Notes: a model not told the origin generated them from the letters alone. A stretch of DNA of 64,000 nt from Anthoceros angustus (GCA_010909165.1 MU008155.1:1860001-1924000), one strand, 5' to 3'; counted from the first letter of the stretch, positions 51,900-63,565 are shown. Numbers and translations are program-made.

Positions 51900-53540
51900 T
51901 GGGTTTTTTTCCTTGTTTTTATTTCTTAGGTTAGATAATAAAGGGTCCGGGAACTCGATGTTCCTTGGCCCATGGACTTGGGATGTCCACTAAAAGGTCT
52001 ATATATGTGAGGAAGAGGGTTGGTATAATTAGGAGTGATGGGTCTATAGGCTTGGAGTCAACCGATTGGGCGGTAGCTGAACGAGTATGGGGGTTGGCCC
52101 CCTATTATGCGGAGGCGACTTTGGAGGAGTTAAGCGAGGAGGAGGTCCAGGCTTGGGTGGACGAGGAACCGGTAATAATCCTCAGCAATAGGCGGCAAGC
52201 GGAAGACGCGGAAGCTCCAGGGCAGGGTACACCTCAAATTAGGACGTCCAGCAGTGACAGTGAGGTGGAAGTATTGTGGGAAAACCTGTCAGATCAGCGG
52301 CGGGAGGGCTCGTGGCGGCGGCAATGGAGGACGAAGGGCCAGGCGGCCAAGTCGAGGGAGGGCGCGCAGATAGCGTAGGCAGATAAGTGATAGCATCCTA
52401 AGGATAGAATTTGGTTAGGATGCTGCACTAGACCTAGGAACGCTCCGAATTGTGGGCGCGTCCCTTCATGATAGCCATCTTAGGACCTAAAAATCCGGGG
52501 CATGGCGCCCCAGCCGGTGTATAAGAGGGGCGAATTATGCCTCTCACAGCAGATAATTTCTGGTTGAGATCCCCACGCTGCCTGTGGCTGGTTGGAGACG
52601 TCCAATTAACGGAGGCGGGGTGTGCGAGACGCTCCTAGGAATGGTCGAGAGCTTGCTCCGCGGCTGGAGGAGGAAGGGGCGATCGGGCGTCTTGCTGACA
52701 AAGGGGGAGGGAACCAAGGGATTGGCGCGGGGCGGGTCTGGAGCTTGCTCGTAACGCCTGCTGTGACGCCCTGGGCTCTTCTCCCCTTCGCTTCTTTTCT
52801 CGCTAGTTGTGTTCTGAAATTGAGGGTCTGTGTGTGAGTGAGTGGATGCCTGAAGGGCGAATCGAGAGAGAGAGAGAGGAGTGAGAGCAGATCGGGAAGG
52901 AGAGATTAAGTACTGTACGCGATGCGAGGTGCTGAATCGTGAGTGGAAAAGGAAGAGAAGAACGAGTGGAGAGGTCACGGTCGGAATTGGTGTGTAAGAA
53001 TCGCGAATTGAGCCGGTGCTGTCTGAAGGAAGTGCGCATGGGGAACAGTGGTTCCTGGAGGAAATAAGGTGGTGTGGCGCCCTTGTGTGTGTGTGCATGT
53101 GTGGGGTTGAGTGTAGGGAGGCCTAGGAATCCCCAGTGTTAGGAATCGGACTGGGCATAGTGTATGGGGGGTAGAATAACATCCAGACTACGGGTGGGGA
53201 CAACCCGGTACCAAAGATCCACGGCGCCGCAAGCCGAATCAGTCGCTAGGGTTTGGTGTGGGGCCTACCTCGGTGGTCGTACCACTACCTGGTAGTGGTG
53301 CGGACTACCGCGGTAGTAGAACGGGAAACGAGGTCGGGGAGTTAGATCCGTGGTAGTTGGACAAGACGGGAGGTAGTAGTAGTTGAGTAGATAGGTGAGA
53401 GGTGGTAGCAGGTAAGCCCTGACTTAGGCAAAGGTCGGTAGTGATAGAAGATAGCGTCTCTTGGCACAAACCATTCCCTTGGGAGCGAATCCCAGGACTA
53501 CAACGACATTGAGGGTGAATGTGGACCTCACCGTGTCACA
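51900..53540. mobile_element. Possible LTR-derived insert (GA/GT-rich) inside the TIR element
   Basis: Composition shift, TATA-like GTATAAG, GA/GT microsatellites, ends TGTCACA. No TSD or partner LTR found. Confidence 0.25.
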
Positions 53541-53656
53541 GGACACGAGTTTGCACCCCACACTTTGCTGTGGAGCGCGCGGGTGGGGCGTGAGTGGATT
53601 TCAACGAGTAGCAGTGGTGATCGGCCTGGGCCTAAGAATTCCTGTAGGTTTAGCAT

Positions 53657-54000
53657 CGCTTGTGGGCGTGCTTGTGGGCGCGTTTGTGGGCGCGATTGTG
53701 GGAGCGCCTATGGGTGTGCTTGTGGGCTTGCTTGAGGGCTTGATTGAGAGCGCGATTGTGGGCGTGATTGTGTGCTTGTTTGTGGACTTGCTTGTGGGCT
53801 TGCTTGTGGGCTTGATTGTGGGCACGATTGTGGGCGTGATTGTGTGCTTATTTGTGGGCTTGCTTGTGGGCTTGCTTATGGGCTTGCTTGAGGCTTGCTT
53901 GAGGGCTTGATTGTGGGCCCGATTGTGGGCTTGCTTGTTGGCTCTGTTGTGGGCTTGCTCGTGGGCTTGATTGTGGGCGCGCTTGTGGGCGCGCTTGGAG
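53657..54000. repeat. ~12-bp minisatellite (G(C/A)TTGTGGGC(G/T)(T/C)), roughly 28 units
   Basis: Reads as PTSK/PTIK/PTNA repeats in the minus-strand ORF 53601-54176. Confidence 0.9.
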
Positions 54001-54029
54001 CGCCCTTGTCTGCGTGGTGGTGTGTTCGT

Positions 54030-54905
54030 GCCTTGAAACTTCAATTCCGATGACCATGCTGTGTTCTGGACAACCCTGTTCCTCAGATCATGATACCTTC
54101 TCCACCCAATACAAAGCACCTTGCGAAAACTTCGAACATAGCATTGCGTTCTGAAATCTCCACATAGGAAGTTCAAAACCTTCGTAGTGTTAGGATACAG
54201 TTAAACCACCTCAAGCAAACTTTCTAAGTACAGTTCCTGTTGCTCTCGACCCATTCCCAAGAAGCGATATCTGAGATTTTCTATATGTTTCCTACCGACT
54301 TTCAGCAAACATCATTTGCTACAATAATGCGAAGACCATGCACTCTGAATCTGCTCATTGGAGCACAATCTTTGAGCCCGCTTCAACCTTCTGCTGGGAT
54401 ATTGACGGCATTTCTGAGGGCTGGACTGAATGAAAGTCTCTGATAATGCCTTGGGATTGAAGTTTGCTTCACGCCCTCCAGAACCCTCATCTGTGATGCC
54501 GCAATCTTCTGATGAAAAAATGGGAACATCTTCAGCAGTGCTATCAGCGAATAACCGACACTGTCTCAGGGCCTCTTCCCTACCTACGAGACCCATGTCC
54601 TGTCCACTTCCATGTACTGGAGTAGTGTCCAAAAGAGTAGGCCTTACGGAAGACGACCTTTCGTCATTCTCTAATGGAGTCGTATTCTTGACCATTACCC
54701 GTTTTGGAATAGAAGCATCAGGAGTAGTTTCCATAACAGCGAACTTGTGCGTGATGTTGCGTTGACAACAACCTGGAGGCGATTTCAAAGCGCTTTTGCA
54801 ACTGTCCTCTACATTGTGCATTGCCCGCAATCGATGGCGTTGCCGCTTTCTCCCTGATTCAGCGATATCTGCCGGAGGGCCCCACATTACAGTCTGCGGG
54901 ATCAA
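54030..54905 (-). pseudogene. Transposase-N-terminus-like remnant (possibly Sola-type Cys-rich region)
   Basis: HYCSK*CLLKVGRKHIENLRYRFLGMGREQQELYL...CYVRSFRKVLCIGWRRYHDLR resembles the Cx3C...F...Q..L...VC...F...LGI...R N-terminal pattern of Sola-like transposases. No DDD/E core seen. Confidence 0.3.
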
Positions 54906-56950
54906 GGTATTTTAGGGTTTAGCCCCCCAACAGCGCGGACAAGAATGCTCTACGGCAAAGGCGGAAGCGTCCTAAGCATCTCGATCGCCTTGTACTGGCG
55001 GAGACCTTTATTTTGGCATTAGGATTTGCCATGACACGAGAGAGCATGCTACATGTGAGAACTCAAGAGCTCATAAAGACCTAGTTATTTGATCTCCACC
55101 ATATGCAAGGCGCGTGAGTAACGAGGAGGGCCCCCCCCGACCACGCGCAATGAGAAACGCGTTTGAAGGAGGTCCCGGTCAATGATATTAAAATCAAGAG
55201 TGTTCGAGTTGAGGTGCCTCGAGTCCATGTCGGCCAAAGCAATAGTCTTTGGACCAATTACACGAACACACGGACGAGGGATTGACAGCCTAACCCAACC
55301 GGGTTTTCAAGGCATGTTTGAAGAGAGACCCCAACCAGCGTCCAAGCGGATGAGACGGAAAACGGGCAGCGTAATTGTCAATGTGTACTTCACAATTACC
55401 AAGGCCTTATGGTGGATGGTGGAGATCATCTTGGGACAGATCCCGCCGTAGCACTGATTTGAAAAATAAATGTTTTGCATTGCGCTTGATTTGCAAACTT
55501 CATTTGTCCAAGAAATACATATCTTAAGCACTCGTCAAGAGACCTAAAGTAGAATCCTGCACTAGTACCGTGAGTGTGCGCACTCACTTGTTGAGCTGTC
55601 CAAGAAGCGATATCTGAGATTTTCTATATGTTTCCTACCGACTTTCAGCAAACATCATTTGCTACAATAATGCGAAGACCATGCACTCTGAATCTGCTCA
55701 TTGGAGCACAATCTTTGAGCCCGCTTCAACCTTCTGCTGGGATATTGACGGCATTTCTGAGGGCTGGACTGAATGAAAGTCTCTGATAATGCCTTGGGAT
55801 TGAAGTTTGCTTCACGCCCTCCAGAACCCTCATCTGTGATGCCGCAATCTTCTGATGAAAAAATGGGAACATCTTCAGTTATCGTGAATAACCGACATCG
55901 CCTCGTGGCCTCTTCCCTACCTGAGACCCATGTCCTGTCCACTTCCATGTACTGGAGTAGTGTCCAAAAGAGTAGGCCTTACGGAAGGCGACCTTTCGTC
56001 ATTCTCTAATGGAGTCGTATTCTTGACCATTACCCGTTTTGGAATAGAAGCATCGGGAGTAGTTTCCATAATAACATGCGTGATGTTGCGTTGACAACAA
56101 CACGGAGGCGATTTCAAAGCGCTTTTGCAACTGTCTCTACATTGTGCATTGCCGCAATCGATGGCGCCGCTTTCTCCCGATTGACGATATCTGGGAGGCC
56201 CACATTACGATCGGGATCAAGGTATTTTAGGGTTTAGCCCCCCAACAGCGCGGACAAGAATGCTCTACGGCAAAGGCGGAAGCGTCCTAAGCATCTCGAT
56301 CGCCTTGTACTGGCGGAGACCTTTATTTTGGCATTAGGATTTGCCATGACACGAGAGAGCATGCTACATGTGAGAACTCAAGAGCTCATAAAGACCTAGT
56401 TATTTGATCTCCACCATATGCAAGGCGCGCAAGCTGAGAGTAACGAGGAGGGCCCAGTCCCCCAGCACCACGCGCAATGAGAAACGTTTCAGAAGGAGGT
56501 CCTGGTCAATGATATTAAAAATCAAGAGTGTTCGAGTTGAGGCTGTTCCTGGAGTCCATGTCGGCCAAAGCAATAGTGCTGGACCAATTGCGACACGAAC
56601 ACACGGACGAGGGATTGGACAGCCTAACCCAACCGGGGTTTTCGAAGGCATGTTTGAAGAGAGACCCCAACCAGGCGTCCGACGGATGAGACGGAAAAAA
56701 CGGGCAGCGTAATTGTCAATGTGTACTTCACAATTACCAAGGCCTTATGGTGGATGGTGGAGATCATCTTGCTGGACAGGATCCTGCCAGTGAGTAGCAC
56801 CTGTATTTGAAAAATAAATGTTTTGCATTGCAGTTGATTTGCAAACTTCATTTGTCCAAGAAATACATATCTTAAGCACTCTCGTCAGTAGACCTAAAGT
56901 AGAATCCTGTGCACTAGTACCGTGAGTGTGCGCACTCACTTGTTGAGGCT
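54257..56950. repeat. Tandem duplication, ~1343-bp unit
   Basis: CCAAGAAGCGATATCTGAGATTTTC starts at 54257 and 55600. The copies differ mainly by scattered 1-3 nt indels. Confidence 0.93.
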
Positions 56951-57242
56951 AGCCGTCCCGGCAAACCCCACGTTTTGGCTGACATGGGACATAATGAAAC
57001 ACCTATCTCAATAGAGATTTGATTGCATTTACATCTTCTTAAATGGCTCATGTACATGTGGATGGAGATACGGTGGTGTTCGAAACATGTAGAACGGGGC
57101 ACCTTGGAATTGAACATTCCATTCCAACCCGAGTACACACTGTAAAAACTAGAAAAACATAGCACCGCGGCGTTTTTGCCTTTGAAAAGATGGGATTTTA
57201 GCCATAACCCTTTTTTATCGGAGAAACCCCTTTCTACCCAGA

Positions 57243-57620
57243 TACTATTCTTCTATGGATTTTCTATGGTGTGTGCATCGAGTAATGAAGGCTTGATTGA
57301 ATGCGCAATGTGTTTGATGCTAAGTGAAAGCACATAATCAATCTTTTTCCATAATGTAAGAAGAGAATGATTACTTCTTTTTGAGCGCAAGACAAAACTA
57401 TCATGTTATTCCATAATACGATATCTTGTCTAACTAAATGTTCCATGTATAGTGTACTCTCTAACATTAACTTAACTGGCACACTCCCTTCACCTCTCAC
57501 CAAGTATCTCTCACACTCTCTTTAACTACTACCAAGTAATTCTAAAGCAACATTGACATCTATTGTTGTTTTTTTTACTAGATTCTCTTAGGAGTGTTGT
57601 TCGTGAAAATTAGAAGAATT
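57243..57620 (-). pseudogene. Highly degenerate PPR-like gene remnant; apparent insertion target of the TIR element (continues at ~27900-28157)
   Basis: Minus-strand RQDIVLWNNMI...EVIILF and KIHRRIV resemble PLS-type PPR motifs. 57341-57378 resembles 28091-28135. Confidence 0.4.
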
Positions 57621-58040
57621 TGTGCGAGCAGGTTTGTAGATCAACTACACATTTATCATGTGGGCATCTAATTCAAACTTGATATTAATAATAGATGCTT
57701 TTGGCTTGTCTTTTTGTAATTGTCACTTAAATATGTAGGAACTATGTTCTATGATAACTACCATAATAATTTATTTAAATTTATTTTTATTTTTAAAATC
57801 AACTTAAAATTTCATTAGAAAAAATTTATTCATAATAATTTATTAAAATTATACAAAAAATCTTTCTAAACCTAATACCAAGCATTTCAAAGTTGCTAGA
57901 TGAGATAGCCTATGAGGACGTGATACCTCAACAGTCCAATGTAAGCACTTGGTGCACCGGTACCTAAAAAAGGGCTGAAACAATTATGTACATATGTAGG
58001 TGTGTATGTATGGTTACCTACCCAATCCCAAAAGGCCTAC

Positions 58041-59200
58041 ACTCCGTTCACCGTCCCGGGCCACAGGACCAGGTGCCGATGTGGAAATCTTATCGGTCCT
58101 CGGGACCGCCTTTTGCTATGCTCGGTCCCGGACCGGCGAGGATCGTGCCTTTTGCGACCCTTGGTCACTAAATATAATAAATATTAAATAAATCATTTAT
58201 AAATAATAATATAAAATAACAAATTTCTAGTATATTCTATGGTCGGGGCTGGTCTTTCCAAGCTTTAAAAATACCATTCCAATCTATCTCCTTAACAGGC
58301 GGACCATTGATGGATATACTCATCAATGCATCAGGGTCAAAATATTAAGATTAGTTCTCATGTTATTCATCACAAAGTTTTGTTTAGAAAATCCCCGCTC
58401 ACATATAGCAGTACTACAAGGTATGACCAAACATAATTCCCAAAGACATAACATAGAGGCCGTCAGTACTACCCACTCCCGAGTTGTTGAGTATATTTTG
58501 TAAGCTCCTAGCATACTCAATCCAGCATAAGAAGACTTCAAGATGGACACAAATGTTAGCAACTCAGCTTGACACACGTCATCAACTACAAAAGGGTCGA
58601 CAAAATTAGTATTTGCATCCAAAGAGTTAGTTCCAAACTTTTCAACAATACCTCTAACAAACTATTAACTAACTGTATACGCTCATCTGCATCTTCATGA
58701 TAAAATTTAGGACTGACTAGACGACAAGGATGCAATACATAAAGATCAGGACACTTATTATTCACTGCATCAACAACAGCTAAAGCATATTTGTTAGCAC
58801 TAGCAATGCAAGAACTTAGTTCACTTTCAGAGTAGTCAAATATTACAAAACCCTCATACACTCCATGACTTTTTTTCAAGTTTTCAACTTCATTTACTAT
58901 GGATCTATGACATAGATCCATGGTAAGTATCTCTATGGCCATACCAATTATAAGATGGGTCCATATATCTATAATAAATATAAATCCTTGGATATAAAAT
59001 TAAATAATTTACTAATTTTAAACCGGACCTTTTATGAACCCTCGGTTCCCTAAAAAAAATAGGGGACCGAGGGTGGGGACGGGACTCTGAAGAACCTCCG
59101 GTCCCATGTTTTTTTTAACACATGCCGGGACCGGGACCGAGCTTGGGACGGGGTCAAGGAGGGGTCCCAGGCTGGGACCCCATTTTAAGGTGAACGTATG
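58041..59200 (-). mobile_element. hAT DNA transposon remnant
   Basis: LWELCLVIPCSTAICERGFSKQNFVMNNMRTNL is the hAT C-terminal dimerisation motif. Inverted termini CGTTCACC...GGTGAACG and GGGACCG/CGGTCCC subterminal repeats at both ends. No matching 8-bp TSD. Confidence 0.8.
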
Positions 59201-59330
59201 CAGGTGCATGCCCGTAGCAAGGCACGCATTGTTTTTTCTCTAACATAACGCATCCATGTATGGGTCAAAAGGAGAAAGGATGCTGTACATGCTGCTGTAA
59301 TGTGCGGCGTGGAGAGCGGAATCCTATTTG

Positions 59331-59355
59331 TGGCCCTTGGCGGCGGGAAGGGGCA
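59331..59355 (+). promoter_or_regulatory. Nitrate-responsive element (NRE)-like pseudopalindrome; putative NLP binding site
   Basis: TGGCCCTT-N9-AAGGGGCA ~320 bp upstream of the NiR ATG resembles the angiosperm NiR NRE consensus TGACCCTT-N~10-AAG. Confidence 0.7.
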
Positions 59356-59671
59356 AACCGCGACGGAGGGCGAGAGAGAGCGGGAGCGGGCGCGGCAGAG
59401 CGTTGCAAGTGTTCAATCCAGGCCCAAGCTTTCACAATGTCGGCCTGCCGCGACGGATGCCCCGCCCCATCGCTCAGGAGGCAAACGCAATCGCAAACGC
59501 AAACGCAAGCGAGCAACGCCACCAATTTCTTCGCCATTGGCCTGTCTCCTGACGCTCCACCGCATTGCGCTTCCGAGGCATCCCGCCGGACGGCTTCGAC
59601 CACTCCGGTTCCGGTGCCGGTGCCGTTTCCGTTTCCGACTTCCGTTTCCATTCCGCTTGCTGCCTGTTGCC

Positions 59672-60633
59672 ATGAAGGCCGCTGCCGCGTCTACCTCCTG
59701 CGCCGGAATCGCAACCGGATCGGAGATCTTCCAACAATCAGGCAGGAAATGCAGCAGCTTGCTGCCTCCGCTGCTGAGGAGGCAGCAGCACTCGGAATGC
59801 GCGGCGTGGCGGCCTAGGCCGCCGAGAGCTCCCATCCAGGCGCAGTCGCAGCAGTCTGCTGTGGCGGCCCCCGAGGACGCCAAGCTCGTCCCCAAGGTGG
59901 AGGAGCAGGACGGCTTCTGGGTGGTGAAGCCCGAATTCCGCACCTCCGCGCTCAATCCTGCGGAAAAGGTGGGCGCTTGTTTCTCGGTGATTGGCGATTT
60001 TAGAGGTTGTGGGATGGGAAGGTTGGGAGCTCACGCTTGTCCGGTGCCAGTGCAGATCAAGTTGAGCAAAGACCCGATGAAGCTTTACGTGAGAAGGAGA
60101 TCGAAACGCTTGCGCAGCGAGGGGTTCGATGAGGTGGACGCTACCAAGGATGGCAAGGACGATATTGACGTCCGGCTCAAATGGCTGGGCCTTTTTCACC
60201 GCAGGAAGCATCACTGTGAGTGTGGGTGGGCTTCAGTGATTTGATCGAAGCATTTCCTTGAATTCCGCAAGCGGGCTGACTGGAGTTGGCGGGGTGCAGA
60301 TGGCAGATTCATGATGCGCCTCAAGCTCCCCAACGGAGTCACAACCAGTGAACAGACCCGCTATTTGGCGTCCGTTATCGACAAGTACGGGGTTGACGGG
60401 TGCGCGGATATCACCACGAGGCAGAATTGGCAGATTCGAGGAGTTGTTTTGGAGGACGCTCCTTCCATCATCAAGGGGCTGGAGAGCGTGGGGTTAACCA
60501 GCCTGCAGAGTGGCATGGACAATGTGCGGAATCCTGTGGGGAGTCCTCTCGCTGGAATTGATCCCTACGAGATTGTGGACACCCGCCCTTACAACAACTT
60601 GCTCAATGACTATGTCATTGCTTGCGGGAAGGG
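59672..60633 (+). pseudogene. NIR: Truncated 5' copy of nitrite reductase (exons 1-3)
   Basis: Transit-peptide-like start MKAAAAS.., LNPAEK, IDVRLKWLGLFHRRKHH, MMRLKLPNG, QSGMDNVRNPVG. The frame runs into duplicated promoter sequence at ~60633. Confidence 0.85.
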
Positions 60634-60949
60634 GCAAACCGCGACGGAGGGCGAGAGAGGCGGGAGCGGGCGCGGCAGAGCGTTGCAAGTGTTCAATCCA
60701 GGCCCAAGCTTTCACAATGTCGGCCTGCCGCGACGGATGCCCCGCCCCATCGCTCAGGAGGCAAACGCAATCGCAAACGCAAACGCAAGCGAGCAACGCC
60801 ACCAATTTCTTCGCCATTGGCCTGTCTCCTGACGCTCCACCGCATTGCGCCTGAGGCATCCCGCCGGACGGCTTCGACCACTCCGGTTCCGGTGCCGGTG
60901 CCGTTTCCGTTTCCGACTTCCGTTTCCATTCCGCTTGCTGCCTGTTGCC

Positions 60950-63121
60950 ATGAAGGCCGCTGCCGCGTCTACCTCCTGCGCCGGAATCGCAACCGGATCG
61001 GAGATCTTCCAACAATCAGGCAGGAAATGCAGCAGCTTGCTGCCTCCGCTGAGGAGGCAGCAGCACTCAGAATGCGCGGCGTGGCGGCCTGGGCCGCCGA
61101 GAGCTCCCATCCAGGCGCAGTCGCAGCAGTCTGCTGTGGCGGCCCCGAGACGCCAAGCTCGTCCCCAAGGTGGAGGAGCAGGACGGCTTCTGGGTGGTGA
61201 AGCCCGAATTCCGCACCTCCGCGCTCAATCCTGCGGAAAAGGTGGGCGCTTGTTTCTCGGTGATTGGCGATTTTAGAGGTTGTGGGATGGGAAGGTTGGG
61301 AGCTCACGCTTGTCCGGTGCCAGTGCAGATCAAGTTGAGCAAAGACCCGATGAAGCTTTACGTGGAGAAGGAGATCGAAACGCTTGCGCAGCGGGGGTTC
61401 GATGAGGTGGACGCTACCAAGGATGGCAAGGACGATATTGACGTCCGGCTCAAATGGCTGGGCCTTTTTCACCGCAGGAAGCATCACTGTGAGTGTGGGT
61501 GGGCTTCAGTGATTTGATCGAAGCATTTCCCTTGAATTCCGCAAGCGGGCTGACTGGAGTTGGCGGGGTGCAGATGGCAGATTCATGATGCGCCTCAAGC
61601 TCCCCAACGGAGTCACAACCAGTGAACAGACCCGCTATTTGGCGTCCGTTATCGACAAGTACGGGGTTGACGGGTGCGCGGATATCACCACGAGGCAGAA
61701 TTGGCAGATTCGAGGAGTTGTTTTGGAGGACGCTCCTTCCATCATCAAGGGGCTGGAGAGCGTGGGGTTAACCAGCCTGCAGAGTGGCATGGACAATGTG
61801 CGGAATCCTGTGGGGAGTCCTCTCGCTGGAATTGATCCCTACGAGATTGTGGACACCCGCCCTTACAACAACTTGCTCAATGACTATGTCATTGCTTGCG
61901 GGAAGGGCAACCTGGCCATCACCAACTTGTGAGTGCAAGCATCGACTTGTTGCAAGCTGGTAGTTTTCGTATCTCGTTTCTGCTGTCTGGGTTGTAACCG
62001 TTTTCGTGGTGCACAGGCCTCGGAAGTGGAATGTGTGTGTTGTGGGCACTCATGACTTGTACGAGCATCCCCACATCAACGACCTTGCCTACATTCCTGC
62101 TGTCAAGGATGGGAGGTTCGGCTTCAACTTGCTGGTGGGAGGCTTCTTCAGCATCAAGAGGTGTGCGGAGGCCATCCCCTTGGACGCCTGGGTCCCGGAA
62201 CAGGATGTGCTGCCTGTGTGCAAGGCCATGCTGGAGACCTTCCGGGACCTTGGCTTTCGAGGAAACCGTCAGAAATGCAGGATGATGTGGCTCATCGACG
62301 AGCTTGTAAGTACCGATGCTTCTGCCCTAATCCAGCAGCAACACACAGAGTGCGTTCCTTCTTGACCAGGTTCGGATTGGTTTGTTGCACAGGGCATTGA
62401 GCAGTTCCGTGCAGAGGTAGAAAGGCGGATGCAACCAACCCCACGCCTGGAGAGAGCTGCCGAAAGTGACCTAATCGACCCGACATGGCAGAGACGAGAG
62501 TACTTCGGAGTGCACCCGCAGAAGCAAGAAGGGCTCCACTACGTGGGCCTGCACGTGCCTGTGGGACGCCTCCACGCTGCGGACATGTTCGAGCTGGCCA
62601 GAATAGCGGAGAGCTACGGCACAGGGGAGCTGCGTCTCACGGTGGAGCAGAACGTCATCATCCCCAATGTCCCCACACCCAAGGTGGACCCCTTGCTGGC
62701 TGAGCCTCTGCTGCAGAGACTGTCACCCTCCCCGTCTCCTCTCTTCTCCACCCTGGTTGCTTGCACCGGAAGCCAGTTCTGCGGGCAAGCCATCATCGAA
62801 ACCAAGGCCAGAGCACTGCAGGTTTCCAGGGAGCTGGAGGCCAGCATGGATCTCGCCAAGCCTGTCCGCATGCACTGGACAGGCTGCCCCAACAGCTGCG
62901 GCCAGGTGCAGGTGGCGGACATCGGATTCATGGGCTGCATGGCGAGAGACGAGAACAACAAACCTGTGGAAGGAGTCGATATCTTTCTGGGAGGCAGGAT
63001 TGGTGCCGACTCCCATCTCGGAGACAAAGTCTTGTCCGCAGTGCCGTGCACGAATGTGGTTCCCGTCGTGGAGGACCTGCTTATCAAACACTTCGGAGCC
63101 AAGCGGAAGATCTCTACATAA
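60950..63121 (+). CDS. NIR: Ferredoxin-nitrite reductase, chloroplast precursor, 5 exons (60950-61241, 61329-61488, 61574-61928, 62017-62305, 62393-63121); exon 1 has an apparent frameshift
   Basis: RLKWLGLFHRRKHH, ADITTRQNWQIRG, NLPRKWNVCV, RGNRQKCRMMWL, siroheme/4Fe-4S motifs ACTGSQFCGQA and TGCPNSCGQ. Stop TAA at 63119-63121. Confidence 0.93.
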
Positions 63122-63477
63122 ATACAAGTTTCGAAGCGAGGAATCTTACATTTTCAGAAAATTTCAGAAAACTCAAGTAAAGCACGATTACTTCCGCTTC
63201 CTCTAGCCCACTGCCTACCTAGTCCAGATCCTTATACGTAATATTTTATATTCTTATATTGTATAATAAGGTTAAATTTTAAAATTATATTAAAATATTA
63301 GAAGACACTCATGATTCCACCTGATGGTATACTTGATCGTGCAAGCATATGGTAATGTATTCCCTAGTGGACATGGTCTACTTGACTAAGAGTAAATAAA
63401 GGAAAATGTCATGAAATACAAGTGGATTGTAAACTATATCGGATAAAAAAAAATACAATATCAGCAAGTGTTGTGAA

Positions 63478-63565
63478 CATCAATAATAAAGTACAAACAA
63501 GAGAGGTGTACATTAATAATAAAGTACAAACAAGAGCGGTGGACATTAATAATAAAGTACAAACA
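63478..63565. repeat. 3 x 33-bp tandem repeat
   Basis: CAT(C/T)AATAATAAAGTACAAACA repeated three times. Confidence 0.85.

Larger units (their letters stand above)
28158..57242 (-). mobile_element. Large TIR-bounded DNA-transposon-like element (~9-10 kb net of nested insertions) carrying a ParB-like/DNA methyltransferase gene
   Basis: Perfect 23-bp inverted termini: TCTGGGTAGAAAGGGGTTTCTCC (28158-28180) and GGAGAAACCCCTTTCTACCCAGA (57220-57242). The main internal ORFs are on the minus strand, and one ORF rejoins in frame across the copia TSD. Both flanks look like parts of one PPR-like remnant. Confidence 0.75.

Noticed and set aside
53461-53910. Apparent multi-pass membrane protein ORF (LVGLLVGLIVG..)
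   Set aside because: It is just the plus-strand reading of the 12-bp minisatellite.
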